Source: Candidatus Haiyanarchaeum thermophilum (GTDB taxonomy: Archaea > Nanobdellota > Nanobdellia > JAPDLS01 > Haiyanarchaeaceae). Taken from it: DNA of 64,000 nucleotides. Below are positions 48,432-58,086 of the stretch, piece after piece. The notes below the pieces were generated by a model. The model was not told the origin of the DNA and ran no database searches. It was given only the letters and a program-made list of their open reading frames with translations. Each line of letters starts with the position of its first letter. Within the stretch, counting starts at the first letter, position 1. Position numbers and translations under genes: made by a program. Location: assembly GCA_025920425.1 (NCBI GenBank), contig JAPDLS010000001.1:227449-291448 (forward strand). Direction: 5' to 3'.

Positions 48432-49472
48432 TTAGCACTGGCCTGAAGGAGCTGAACTAGTAGAGCTTAATCTTTGGGCGCATTCGCTCGGTCTTTCTAT
48501 GAAATATCTGCAAACGAAATTCTTGAAACCTTCTGGGGTCCTTTCCCCAGTATATAGATCCCCGTTTACAAATACTGTGGGGGAGCCCCAAGCATTATAG
48601 CTGGCACATGCCTCCTGATCTTTTTGAAGGAAGAAGAAGCCCTCATTTTCGATACATGCATTTATCACGTTCACATTTATTCCTAGTCTCTGCAAACATG
48701 TGTCTGCATTTTTATTTTGATTGAAACAATATACATACTCCCACCACACATTCTCTCCTAGATACTTGTAGATGCACGCCTGTCTTTTGTTCTCGTAAAG
48801 TTCTTGATTCCCATGCATGGCCCAAAGGGTCACATTTATTCCATTTACCTCTCTAGTTTCACATCCATCGTTGGAGGAGCAAGAGGGATAGAGGATAAAG
48901 TAAGGTCTTACTCTTAGCTTATCCTTCAACAAATTCTTAACAGGATAGATAGCATTTTCCATTGCTATTCCGAATGGACAATAACTCATCACAAAGAGAT
49001 CTACATTGACCACTGAAGTCTTATTTAAGTTTTCCTCCACAAATCTACAGGCATTTTCGCTTCCAATTGCCTTACAAATGGTATCTGCAAAATTCTTTTT
49101 GCTTGAGAAATCTACTATCCATACCTTATCATTAGAGTAAAGTAAAGCCACATGTCCCTGCATCCATTCAGCAAAGTACGAATGGAAATTTACTCCAAAT
49201 TCCTCACTCCAACTTCTGAGCTGAGAAACATTACAATACTCTGGAGGGCAATTGGGGTGATAAAGATATGTAATGATTGCACCTTCAACTCTCCCTAATA
49301 CCGCTCCTCCCGTAACACTTGGGGTAAGGTACAAGTAGAGAAAATATGCTAGTACTCCTAAAATTGCGATGACTCCAATTAGGATGATCCACTTAGGAAT
49401 TTTAATTTTAGCTTCACCAACTCCTTCCTTCTTTTCTACCTGTGACTTTCCCTCTTCAGCTGTCATCATCAT
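48432..49472 (-). CDS. membrane-anchored cysteine-rich thioredoxin-fold (DsbA-like) protein
   Basis: 346 aa. N-terminal TM anchor (WIILIGVIAILGVLAYFLYLYL), extracellular domain with ~18 Cys, thioredoxin-like elements (SYCPFG, GSPTVFVNG). Confidence 0.4.
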   Translation of the reverse strand: MMMTAEEGKSQVEKKEGVGEAKIKIPKWIILIGVIAILGVLAYFLYLYLTPSVTGGAVLGRVEGAIITYLYHPNCPPEYCNVSQLRSWSEEFGVNFHSYFAEWMQGHVALLYSNDKVWIVDFSSKKNFADTICKAIGSENACRFVEENLNKTSVVNVDLFVMSYCPFGIAMENAIYPVKNLLKDKLRVRPYFILYPSCSSNDGCETREVNGINVTLWAMHGNQELYENKRQACIYKYLGENVWWEYVYCFNQNKNADTCLQRLGINVNVINACIENEGFFFLQKDQEACASYNAWGSPTVFVNGDLYTGERTPEGFKNFVCRYFIERPSECAQRLSSTSSAPSGQC

Positions 49473-49694
49473 CCAGTAACCCCTCCAACTTACAAGGAAC
49501 TCTAATTTATTAATCTTTCGTTATTCAAACTCGTAGAGGGCTATCTTTAAGTCTTAGCATCTCTTAAACTACCACAATCGATTGAACTACAATGTTTAAA
49601 ACATGTTCCCAATTCTCTAGGAGTAAGCTCAGTTCTTCAGCATTTTACCGAATCCTTTATTAAGGAGAAAGAAATAGTAAAGAAGGGAAGTAAA

Positions 49695-49925
49695 ATGGTT
49701 ACAGCATATATCCTCATCGTAGTGGCGCCAGGAAAGGAAAACCAAGTAGCTTCGAGGTTGCTCAAGCTAAGTGAGGTGAAGGACCTAGGAATAGTGTATG
49801 GAGAATATGATATCATCATCAAAGTGGAAGTACCATCGATGGAAGCACTTCAGAACTTTGTACTCAATATAAGGAAGGACAAATCTATTGAGAGGACTTC
49901 AACTATGATAGTAGCCTCCAGATGA
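49695..49925 (+). CDS. stand-alone Lrp/AsnC-type RAM (ACT-like) domain protein
   Basis: 76 aa. Beta-alpha-beta-beta-alpha-beta pattern (VTAYILIVVAPGKENQVASRLLKLSEVKDLGIVYGEYDIIIKVEV). Confidence 0.5.
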   Translation: MVTAYILIVVAPGKENQVASRLLKLSEVKDLGIVYGEYDIIIKVEVPSMEALQNFVLNIRKDKSIERTSTMIVASR

Positions 49926-50437
49926 GCTGGGAGGAAGATGTAATCGATGTCTTCCAAACCACTAAAAATCCAATACTAGACTACCTCGCCCTTCTTTTTG
50001 ATTTCTTGTTTTCTGCACCATTCCTCCTACTTATCCTCTGCTTGGCTCTACTTATAAAAAGGGATAAGAAGATTTTCTTAATCTTGTTTGGACTTCTCTT
50101 AAATTACTTGGTAGTGATCATTCTCAAGCTCCTCTTCGCACTTCCTAGACCAGCTGGGAATAGAAGAGATTCCTTTCCCTCAGGCCATACCGCCAATGCC
50201 TTCTTTATAGCTAAAGCCTCATCAAGATACGTTAAATACTCAAGTGGTCCCCTTTACTTTATAGCCTTTCTTGTAGCAATCAGTAGATTATACTTGGCTG
50301 CTCATTATCCTCTGGATGTAATAGGGGGAGCCATCGTAGGATATCTCATAGCTTGGCTTGTCCTGAAATTTGAACGTGAAATATTTGAAATCTTCAAAAC
50401 GATTAGATCAAAGACCAGTCCTAAACGCAAGAAGTAA
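49922..50437 (+). CDS. PAP2-family membrane phosphatase
   Basis: 171 aa. Motifs KLLFALPRP, PSGH and SRLYLAAHYPLDV (PAP2 signature), four TM helices. Confidence 0.7.
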   Translation: MSWEEDVIDVFQTTKNPILDYLALLFDFLFSAPFLLLILCLALLIKRDKKIFLILFGLLLNYLVVIILKLLFALPRPAGNRRDSFPSGHTANAFFIAKASSRYVKYSSGPLYFIAFLVAISRLYLAAHYPLDVIGGAIVGYLIAWLVLKFEREIFEIFKTIRSKTSPKRKK

Positions 50438-50806
50438 ACTGCTCACTCTTTCGCATAGATGATCCATATCTTCCTTAGTGAAGAAAATTGAATATTTTCT
50501 CGAATCAGCTCTGAACTTTGTCCTAGATATTCTCTTAAAATCTCTCTGCAGTAAACTCTTGATATAGAAATATGTCTCCAGGATCTGGATGAGGTTCTCA
50601 TCTATGAGTTGTGGTGAGACCTCATCAAGTATGAAATCCTCACCATACATGGCCTTAGCAAGATAATTGAGAGTATTTAGGAGGAATTGGAGATAATTTT
50701 TGATGCTCTCAGGAGGCAAATGTTCCACCCCCCTCACGATCTTCTTCGCCTTCTCTATTTCCTCCTCAGCCTTTCTAAGTAGTTCCTCCTTTTCCAACCT
50801 TCTCAC
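50408..50806 (-). CDS. hypothetical helical protein (132 aa)
   Basis: ORF only. Overlaps the upstream 165-aa ORF by 32 nt. Confidence 0.25.
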   Translation of the reverse strand: MRRLEKEELLRKAEEEIEKAKKIVRGVEHLPPESIKNYLQFLLNTLNYLAKAMYGEDFILDEVSPQLIDENLIQILETYFYIKSLLQRDFKRISRTKFRADSRKYSIFFTKEDMDHLCERVSSLLLAFRTGL

Positions 50807-51272
50807 CTATCCAGTTTATCACATCCTTCACTACTTTGTCCAACTCTTCAAGCTTTTTTCTCTCAAGTATACTCAACTCAAAGTCCTTTGAAATTAAAAT
50901 GGTTTTGGTGGCATCTCCCAGAGTAGTTCCTTCCCTCTGAATCGCCCTAATCCTTAACATTTCTCTCAACGTCTCTTTAACCCCTTCCCCTACCTCTCCA
51001 GCATAGTTCTCAATGAAGAAACCTACAGCTAGATCCTCATCCTGAGGAATGAAACCTATGCCCCTATTCCTCCTCTCCACTTCTATAAATTCTCTAGCTG
51101 CCATCACCAATGCCTTATAGAGATGCTCGAAAATTGAGGCATTTATCTTAGGATCGCTCACGAGCTGGGAGGTAATTGCAAGCAGATGTTCAGCTATTCT
51201 CAGTTCCTTTAGAGCTTCTTCCACTTTCTCCAAAAATCGATCAAAAATTTTAAATTTATCCCACATTCTCAA
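50775..51272 (-). CDS. hypothetical helical protein (165 aa)
   Basis: ORF only. Possibly one interrupted gene together with 50408-50806. Confidence 0.25.
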   Translation of the reverse strand: MRMWDKFKIFDRFLEKVEEALKELRIAEHLLAITSQLVSDPKINASIFEHLYKALVMAAREFIEVERRNRGIGFIPQDEDLAVGFFIENYAGEVGEGVKETLREMLRIRAIQREGTTLGDATKTILISKDFELSILERKKLEELDKVVKDVINWIGEKVGKGGTT

Positions 51273-51278
51273 TCTTCC

Positions 51279-51794
51279 ATGGTAAGGCTTAAGCCAGCTA
51301 GAGTATATAGAACCCCAAAACGTCCCTATGTGAGGGTATCTAGGCTTAGGGAAAAGAGTTACATTACTGGTGTTCCTCCTCTCAAGTTAAGAGTATTTGA
51401 AATGGGAAATAAGCAGGGTGAATTTGAGAAGAAGGTTTCTCTCGTGAGCAACGCAGAGATGCAGATCAGGGAAAATGCTCTGGAAGCTGCGAGGGTAACA
51501 GCAAATAAATTCTTGGAGAAAAATGCTGGAATAGAAAATTATTTCATGAGGATCAATGTCTATCCCCATCAAGTGTTGAGAGAACATTCATTCGCTACTG
51601 TGGCTGGAGCAGATAGATTTCAAAGAGGTATGAGTCTTGCCTTCGGCAAACCCTGTGGAAGAGCTGCTAGGGTAAGAAAGGATCAAGAGCTCATCATCGT
51701 AAAGACAAGCGAAAAGTATGTAGAGATTGCTAAGGAAGCTCTGAAGAGGGCTGCCGCTAAGCTACCTGGCAATTGCAAAGTAGTAATAAGTTAG
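51279..51794 (+). CDS. rpl10e: 50S ribosomal protein L10e (uL16)
   Basis: 171 aa. MVRLKPARVYRTPKRPYVRVS... is the L10e/L16 family. Confidence 0.85.
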   Translation: MVRLKPARVYRTPKRPYVRVSRLREKSYITGVPPLKLRVFEMGNKQGEFEKKVSLVSNAEMQIRENALEAARVTANKFLEKNAGIENYFMRINVYPHQVLREHSFATVAGADRFQRGMSLAFGKPCGRAARVRKDQELIIVKTSEKYVEIAKEALKRAAAKLPGNCKVVIS

Positions 51795-51835
51795 AAAAAT
51801 TTATTTATTGAAGTCTTTCCTACTTATTTCCATAT

Positions 51836-54211
51836 ATGGAAAAGCTTGAGGAAAAATACATTGTATGGAATAAAGAAGTTGGTAAGGAAGATGTAAGAAT
51901 TGCAGGAGGAAAAGGTGCTAACCTAGGAGAACTGTTGAGAGCAGGCCTCCCAGTTCCTCCATTCTTCATCGTCACAGCGAAGGCTTATAGGGACTTTATC
52001 GAGAGTACTCATCTGAAGGAAAAAATAGAGGAACTTTTAAGTCAACTGAATGTAGACGATACTCAGGCTCTCCAACTTACCTCGTCTAGGATTCAGGAGT
52101 TGATCATAACTACACCTCTTCCCGAGGAGATAAAAAGTGCTATCATCGAGGCCTACAAAATGCTAGGAGCAGGTGGGCCAGAGAGGTATGTTCCTATGAG
52201 TTTGAAGGTCCTAGACATCCTAAAGTTAAGTAGGGAAATTCCATTCGTAGCCATAAGAAGCTCTGCTACTGCAGAGGATCTACCTAGCGCATCTTTCGCT
52301 GGTCAACAGGCAACTTTCCTGAATGTACGTGGAGAAAGTGAGGTGGTAGAAGGAGTGCAAAAGTGTTGGGCAAGCCTATTCTCAGCTAGGGCCATCTTCT
52401 ATCGAGCGAAGCATGGCTTTAAGCATATGCAGGTAGAAATAGCGGTAATCGTTCAAAAAATGGTAAACTCAGAAAAGTCTGGAGTAGCGTTCTCATGTGA
52501 TCCTGTAACAGGAGATCTTAGTAAAATTGTAATAGAAGCTGGTTTCGGGCTTGGGGAAGCTATCGTGAGCGGAGAGATAAATCCAGATCTTTATTTAGTA
52601 GATAAGCAGAGTTTACAAATCCTGAAAAAGGAGGTGAAGGAGCAGAAGATATTGAGAACTAGAGATCCCTATACTGGCAAAAATGTTACCTTAGTAGTGC
52701 CTTCTGAGAAACAGAATTCCCAGAAGTTGAGTGATGAGGAGATAGTCGAACTGGCCAAGGTAATCAGAAGTATTGAGGAGTATTACAGATTTCCCCAAGA
52801 TGTGGAGTGGGCCATCGAAGATGGTAAGATCTACATAGTCCAAACTAGGCCAGTAACCACTCTACAGAAAGTGAAGGAAATGAAAGGTAAGGAAATGGAA
52901 GTGAAGGGTAGGGAGATCTTAAAAGGTTTACCTGCCTCTCCTGGAATCGCAAGTGGAATAGTAAGGCTCATCCTCGACCCATCCCAGCTCCACAGATTGA
53001 ATCCTGGAGAGGTCCTAGTAACCAAGATGACCAACCCAGACTACGTACCTGCTATGAGGAAAGCAGCAGCCATTATTACAGATGAAGGAGGGCTTACTTG
53101 CCATGCTGCAATCGTTTCAAGGGAACTAGGGATTCCATGCATCGTAGGTACTGGAAATGCAACTGCCTTACTTCAGGACGGGGAGCTTGTGACTGTAGAT
53201 GCCATAAATGGGGCAGTATATAAAGGAATCATAGAGGTGCCATCTGAGAGGAAGAAAATGGTTAGCCTTGAGGAGGTGAAGGGGCTTAAAACAAAGACTA
53301 AGATCTACATGAATTTAGGAGTACCTGAGAAGATAGATGAATATAAGGACTTACCATTCGATGGAATAGGGCTGATGAGAATAGAATTCATCATAGCTAG
53401 CTATATAGGAGAACATCCAAACTATCTGCTTGAGAAAGGTGAGGGGGAGAAATATGTAAATAAACTCGCAGAAGGCATAGCTAAGGTAGCCCAAGCTGTA
53501 GCACCTAGACCTGTAGTAGTTAGATTCTCAGATTTCAAAACAAATGAATATAGAGATCTCAAGGGAGGAGAAAAATATGAGCCCCAAGAAGCCAATCCCA
53601 TGCTTGGATGGAGAGGAGTCTCAAGATACATCTCAAATGAATTTGAAAACGCCTTTAGGTTAGAGTGTAAGGCAATTAGAAAGGTGAGGGAAGAATTTAA
53701 GTTGAGGAATGTATGGGTAATGCTACCATTCGTGAGGACCACTTGGGAAGTGGAAAAATGTATTAAGATCATGGAGGAGGAGGGATTGAAAAGAAGCGAG
53801 GATTTCCAAATTTGGCTCATGGCGGAAGTGCCAAGCATCATCTTCTTGGCAGACGAATTCAGTAAGCTATGTGATGGTTTCAGTATAGGCTCAAACGATC
53901 TTACCCAACTCATCTTAGGAGCTGATAGAGACTCTCAGATTCTCGGAAAGATGGGTTACTTCGATGAAAGGAATGCTGCTGTGCTCAGAGCCATGAAACA
54001 CTTGATTCAAGTAGCCCACCAGTTCGGAAAAACTGTCTCAATCTGCGGTCAAAGTGTAAGCGTTTATCCAGAGATCAACGAGTTCCTAGTTAGATGTGGA
54101 ATAGATTCAATTTCAGTAAATCCAGACGCAGTTATAGAAGCTAGGAAGCACATTTATGAAATTGAGGAGAAGCTAGCTATGGAAAAGCTAGCTGCTGAGT
54201 TCAGATTCTGA
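51836..54211 (+). CDS. ppsA: phosphoenolpyruvate synthase (pyruvate, water dikinase)
   Basis: 791 aa. N-terminal ATP-grasp, central phosphohistidine domain GGLTCHAAIVSRELGIPCIVG, C-terminal PEP/pyruvate TIM barrel (GSNDLTQL). Confidence 0.85.
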   Translation: MEKLEEKYIVWNKEVGKEDVRIAGGKGANLGELLRAGLPVPPFFIVTAKAYRDFIESTHLKEKIEELLSQLNVDDTQALQLTSSRIQELIITTPLPEEIKSAIIEAYKMLGAGGPERYVPMSLKVLDILKLSREIPFVAIRSSATAEDLPSASFAGQQATFLNVRGESEVVEGVQKCWASLFSARAIFYRAKHGFKHMQVEIAVIVQKMVNSEKSGVAFSCDPVTGDLSKIVIEAGFGLGEAIVSGEINPDLYLVDKQSLQILKKEVKEQKILRTRDPYTGKNVTLVVPSEKQNSQKLSDEEIVELAKVIRSIEEYYRFPQDVEWAIEDGKIYIVQTRPVTTLQKVKEMKGKEMEVKGREILKGLPASPGIASGIVRLILDPSQLHRLNPGEVLVTKMTNPDYVPAMRKAAAIITDEGGLTCHAAIVSRELGIPCIVGTGNATALLQDGELVTVDAINGAVYKGIIEVPSERKKMVSLEEVKGLKTKTKIYMNLGVPEKIDEYKDLPFDGIGLMRIEFIIASYIGEHPNYLLEKGEGEKYVNKLAEGIAKVAQAVAPRPVVVRFSDFKTNEYRDLKGGEKYEPQEANPMLGWRGVSRYISNEFENAFRLECKAIRKVREEFKLRNVWVMLPFVRTTWEVEKCIKIMEEEGLKRSEDFQIWLMAEVPSIIFLADEFSKLCDGFSIGSNDLTQLILGADRDSQILGKMGYFDERNAAVLRAMKHLIQVAHQFGKTVSICGQSVSVYPEINEFLVRCGIDSISVNPDAVIEARKHIYEIEEKLAMEKLAAEFRF

Positions 54212-54913
54212 ATGATTCTTGGAAATCAATTCAACATATTCTAAGATTTCATCTCTAGATATTGAGCATCCATTTAATTTAAGGGAAGTAAGTGCTCCTC
54301 TCAGAAACCTCTTTCTAATCCATCCATCTACTCCACAACCAGCGAGAAAGTCGGTAAATACCCCTCTCCTATAAGAGATCATGAGGAGCTCTGCTGATCT
54401 GAAGATCAGAAAATCTCCATAATTTTTCTTCAACTCCTCCAACCTCTCATTCCTTATCTCAATAGGGGTATGCAATTTCCTTTCCATTAAGCGCTTCAGA
54501 GCAATTGGATCTTCAAGTAGAATTCTCATAGTTTTCTCATCAACACAAAGATTCTTAGTACCAACGATTTTAGAGAGAGCAACAACTTCAGCCTCCCCAT
54601 AGTGAATGAGCTTAAGGCTTCTCCCCCTAGCTACGAATAAATTATTAGCAAGATCTAGAAACCTAGAGGCAAAACCTTGAATTCGAGCATCATCCACCAC
54701 TTCGATTATTCCTTCCCCTATATAATTGAGAATCCTAATCCCATCCAGTTGATAATTGGGATTCGTTAGGGAGATATCTACCACTTCCTCCTTCACTTTT
54801 CTTGGAATTACGAATCTCACATGGGCAATTTCCTTCAACTTCTTGAGGATCCAAAGGAGACATGTGGTAGAGAGGCTTATAATTGAACTAGAATCCAAGA
54901 CTATTGTCCTCAT
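54188..54913 (-). CDS. PIN-like domain protein (241 aa)
   Basis: N-terminus MRTIVLDSSSIISL resembles the PIN acidic-pocket start. Larger than VapC. Coupled to the upstream HTH protein. Confidence 0.4.
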   Translation of the reverse strand: MRTIVLDSSSIISLSTTCLLWILKKLKEIAHVRFVIPRKVKEEVVDISLTNPNYQLDGIRILNYIGEGIIEVVDDARIQGFASRFLDLANNLFVARGRSLKLIHYGEAEVVALSKIVGTKNLCVDEKTMRILLEDPIALKRLMERKLHTPIEIRNERLEELKKNYGDFLIFRSAELLMISYRRGVFTDFLAGCGVDGWIRKRFLRGALTSLKLNGCSISRDEILEYVELISKNHSESELSS

Positions 54914-54914
54914 T

Positions 54915-55514
54915 TTACTTGAAAATTTCCTCCAGCTCCTTTAGCCTCTTCCTCAGATCCTTTATCTTACTTTCATCCACATCATGGACTTTGGTCTTTC
55001 CAGCATACTGCATGAGCTCCCACTCACTTAAGCCAAGCAGTTCAGCAGCCTTTCCTATACTTAGTCCATGCTCATATACTTTGCTTGCCTTCTTCAATCT
55101 AGCCTTATGTAATACTTCTTCCATATAGTCTGAAAAATGAGAATCCACTTGGGCTATCTTCCCTCTCACTTTCCCACATTCTATTAAAAATTCCTCAAAT
55201 TCCCCTCGCTCTAATAAAGAGCTAAGTTTCTCTAACTCTTCTTTCATCTCCCTTACAAAAGCTGACAGCTCTCTTTCCTCTTGCTTGAGCTTCCATCTTT
55301 CCAATGTTTTGGAGATGGCATATACGATGACTGCTGCATTGGTAGCATATTTGTCTTGATATATGGTCATGCTGTGAATTACTTTATTGCTACAATCTTT
55401 CAACTCATTTATTTTACCAGCCTGCAGTAGCGTTCTAGCCTCATTTAACATTTGAACTATATCTCTTCTCTCCTCCTCTTCTAACTCCATATTTATAATG
55501 TCCTTCTCCCCCAT
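54915..55514 (-). CDS. coiled-coil protein with C-terminal HTH (GLSIGKAAELLGLSEWEL)
   Basis: 199 aa. Stop is 1 nt from the PIN-like gene start. Confidence 0.35.
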   Translation of the reverse strand: MGEKDIINMELEEEERRDIVQMLNEARTLLQAGKINELKDCSNKVIHSMTIYQDKYATNAAVIVYAISKTLERWKLKQEERELSAFVREMKEELEKLSSLLERGEFEEFLIECGKVRGKIAQVDSHFSDYMEEVLHKARLKKASKVYEHGLSIGKAAELLGLSEWELMQYAGKTKVHDVDESKIKDLRKRLKELEEIFK

Positions 55515-55562
55515 AAAATATTTTTCTAAAGAAATATTAAATCGCTACAAGAATCGCCAAGC

Positions 55563-56060
55563 TCAAACCTTGAATTCGAGATCATCAGAATAAAAAATGT
55601 TTGAAAAAACAGGTTCTCCATCTTTCTTGATCAACGCTATATAGTATCTTGGGTATTGAATTGCCCTTCCATCCAAAAGTTTCTTCTTCCAAGACCTACT
55701 TGATCCCCTTGCGCTGAATTCCTTTCTATCATAGCCAGTAGCTGCATCTAATCTTGGAGGTAGTGTGAACTTTACATTCCCATACACCACTATTAGTTCA
55801 GGTAGAGTAAAGTCAGAGATGAGGCCTTTTTGCTTAAGCCGTGTAGCTACTTGGTAAACTATCGTATTACTTCGCTTGAGAATTCTCCCTAATTGTGCTA
55901 ACTTTGGAGTTCTCCCTCCCAAATTCTCCTCAATTATAGCTCCCAGTAACTTCTTTTCGAGAGGGGAGAGTCTCTTTTGCCCCACCTCCAGAAAATCTAC
56001 AAGTTCCTTAGAGATCTTTCCCTCTTTGATTTGTTGAAGCAATTTCACACCCTCTATCAT
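55563..56060 (-). CDS. hypothetical protein with N-terminal wHTH-like region, translationally coupled to rnz
   Basis: 165 aa. 4-nt overlap with the rnz stop. Confidence 0.25.
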   Translation of the reverse strand: MIEGVKLLQQIKEGKISKELVDFLEVGQKRLSPLEKKLLGAIIEENLGGRTPKLAQLGRILKRSNTIVYQVATRLKQKGLISDFTLPELIVVYGNVKFTLPPRLDAATGYDRKEFSARGSSRSWKKKLLDGRAIQYPRYYIALIKKDGEPVFSNIFYSDDLEFKV

Positions 56061-56962
56061 TTCAATTCCACCTTCATAAAATCGTAGGCTAGTTCTACTT
56101 CCTTAAATACTTGTCTCGCCTCTTCCAGCAATACTTTAGGGTCTGCATATCTCTGAGAGAAATGAAAGAGAATTAGCTTCTTCGCTCCAGCTTCCTTAGC
56201 TATTTTGGCTGCTTCCTCTGCAGTAAGATGATAATACTCTTGAGCTAGCTCGGAGTCCTTTTTACTGTAACATGCCTCACAGATGATGAGGTCTGCATCT
56301 TTACAATACTCAGTTAATTTATCAAAATATTTTGTATCTGGAATATAGCAAATCTTCTTACCCTTTACTATATAAGTTGCATCTTCTGCCCTTATGAGCT
56401 TCCCTTTCCAAACTATATCTTCCCCAGCCTGCAGTTTTTTCATAATTGGATGTTGCACCAATCCATACTTCTTCGTATACTCTACTTTAATTTTTCTCCT
56501 ACTATTTTCTTGAAAAACGAATCCCAAGCATGGAATTAAATGCAGTAGTGGAAATGCTAAAATCTTAAATCGTTCGGCCACATAGATCTCTTGCAGATCT
56601 GCAACATTAATGTCATGACAACTTATCTCAAAATTTCTATAGAACGAAAATGCATTCAACAAGGATTTGACTCTTTTTTGAGTATCATCCGGCCCATAGA
56701 TCTCCAGCATCTCCCTCCTCTTACTTGCACTTAGACTTTGAATTATCCCCCCTAGACCGAGGGCATGATCTCCATGCCAATGGGAAATGAATATCCTCTT
56801 TATTTTTACTCCACTGATCCCAGCTATTCTCATCTGCCTTTGGGTCCCCTCTCCGCAGTCAAATAGCATCCTTTCTCCCTCATATCTCAAGTAAATGGAA
56901 GTATGATTCCTCTCCTTGGTGGGGAACATACTGCTCGTCCCTAGAAAAACTATCTCTATCAT
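56057..56962 (-). CDS. rnz: ribonuclease Z (tRNA 3' endonuclease, metallo-beta-lactamase fold)
   Basis: 301 aa. ISHWHGDHALG (HxHxDH) and downstream His/Asp motifs. Short-form RNase Z length. Confidence 0.8.
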   Translation of the reverse strand: MIEIVFLGTSSMFPTKERNHTSIYLRYEGERMLFDCGEGTQRQMRIAGISGVKIKRIFISHWHGDHALGLGGIIQSLSASKRREMLEIYGPDDTQKRVKSLLNAFSFYRNFEISCHDINVADLQEIYVAERFKILAFPLLHLIPCLGFVFQENSRRKIKVEYTKKYGLVQHPIMKKLQAGEDIVWKGKLIRAEDATYIVKGKKICYIPDTKYFDKLTEYCKDADLIICEACYSKKDSELAQEYYHLTAEEAAKIAKEAGAKKLILFHFSQRYADPKVLLEEARQVFKEVELAYDFMKVELK

Positions 56963-57038
56963 TGAAGATTATATCCTCCAAAAAAACAAAAACTTTTTGA
57001 TTGATAAACTTAAAAAGCTAAATCATCCTAGAATAAGT

Positions 57039-57929
57039 ATGCAGGAAGTAATGATCGTCATGCTTGCTCTATGCTTTTTCCTACTCTTATACTTCCTCTT
57101 CACAAATCCCATCCTAGTATATTTCCTACTTCTCGCCGTGATCCTTTGGGCATTTTTTACCTTCTTCGTGAAGAAGTATGATGAGTATGAGAGAGCCGTG
57201 ATCTTCAGGCTCGGAAGGTTCAATCGAATAGCTGGCCCAGGATGGAGCATAGTAATTCCCTTTTTCGAGAAGGAATTTGCTAGACTCGATGTAAGGACTA
57301 AGATGCTCAGCTTAAACATTCCCCAAGCATTTACTAAGGATGATCTAAGATTAGCCATAAGCGGTTTCATCTATTATAGGATAGTTGATCCTAGTAAGGC
57401 TGTTTTAAGAGTAGAGAACTATCAATTTGCAATCACGAATTTGATCCAATCTGAAACTAGGAACGTGATTGGCTCGCTTTACATGAGGGAGGTATTCGCC
57501 AATCTAGATAAGCTGAATGACATGATAGCTGAGAGGGTAAGACTAGCTACATGGAAATGGGGGATCGATGTAAGCTCGGTACAAATAAGGAGTGTTTCCC
57601 CGCCAGAGGAGGTAGCTATAGCAATGCAGGAAAAGTTCGTGAGAGCTGAACTCCTCCAAGCAGCCAAATTTAGGGCAGAAGCGAGGAAGGTAGCAATTGA
57701 AGCAATTGGGGAGGCAGCGACCAAGCTGGATGATAGAGCTATAATGTATCTCTATATCAAAGCACTCGAGGAAATCAGCAAGGGAACTGCGACCAAAATC
57801 ATATTTCCTCTCCAGTTCTTCGATGTACTCAGAGATATGGAAAAAGACATAGGAAAGGCACTTGCTGGACTTAACGTAGGAGCTCTCGTTAATGCTATGA
57901 AGGATAAGATCTTGGAAGCAACAAAATAA
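57039..57929 (+). CDS. SPFH/band-7 (stomatin-like) membrane protein
   Basis: TM helix followed by the SPFH core RLGRFNRIAGPGWSIVIPF and a coiled-coil tail. Start chosen at MQEVMIV (ORF-track start 56916 would overlap divergent rnz). Confidence 0.75.
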   Translation: MQEVMIVMLALCFFLLLYFLFTNPILVYFLLLAVILWAFFTFFVKKYDEYERAVIFRLGRFNRIAGPGWSIVIPFFEKEFARLDVRTKMLSLNIPQAFTKDDLRLAISGFIYYRIVDPSKAVLRVENYQFAITNLIQSETRNVIGSLYMREVFANLDKLNDMIAERVRLATWKWGIDVSSVQIRSVSPPEEVAIAMQEKFVRAELLQAAKFRAEARKVAIEAIGEAATKLDDRAIMYLYIKALEEISKGTATKIIFPLQFFDVLRDMEKDIGKALAGLNVGALVNAMKDKILEATK

Positions 57930-58086
57930 AAATAAGAACAAGGATTTAAAAGAAAGTGTTATTTCTTCTTTTTCTTCTTAGCCATTTTCGCCCAATTAAA
58001 TACATTCAGAATCTTTGATATAAATTTTTTTATGTTAAAGCATATAATTTATCAACATTTTTAAAATCCAGAAGCTTGGGGATAGC

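Noticed and set aside
56916-57038. N-terminal 41 codons of the stomatin ORF as given in the track
   Set aside because: That extension would overlap the divergent rnz start region and lacks family similarity. The internal Met (MQEVMIV), followed by the TM helix, is the more plausible start.
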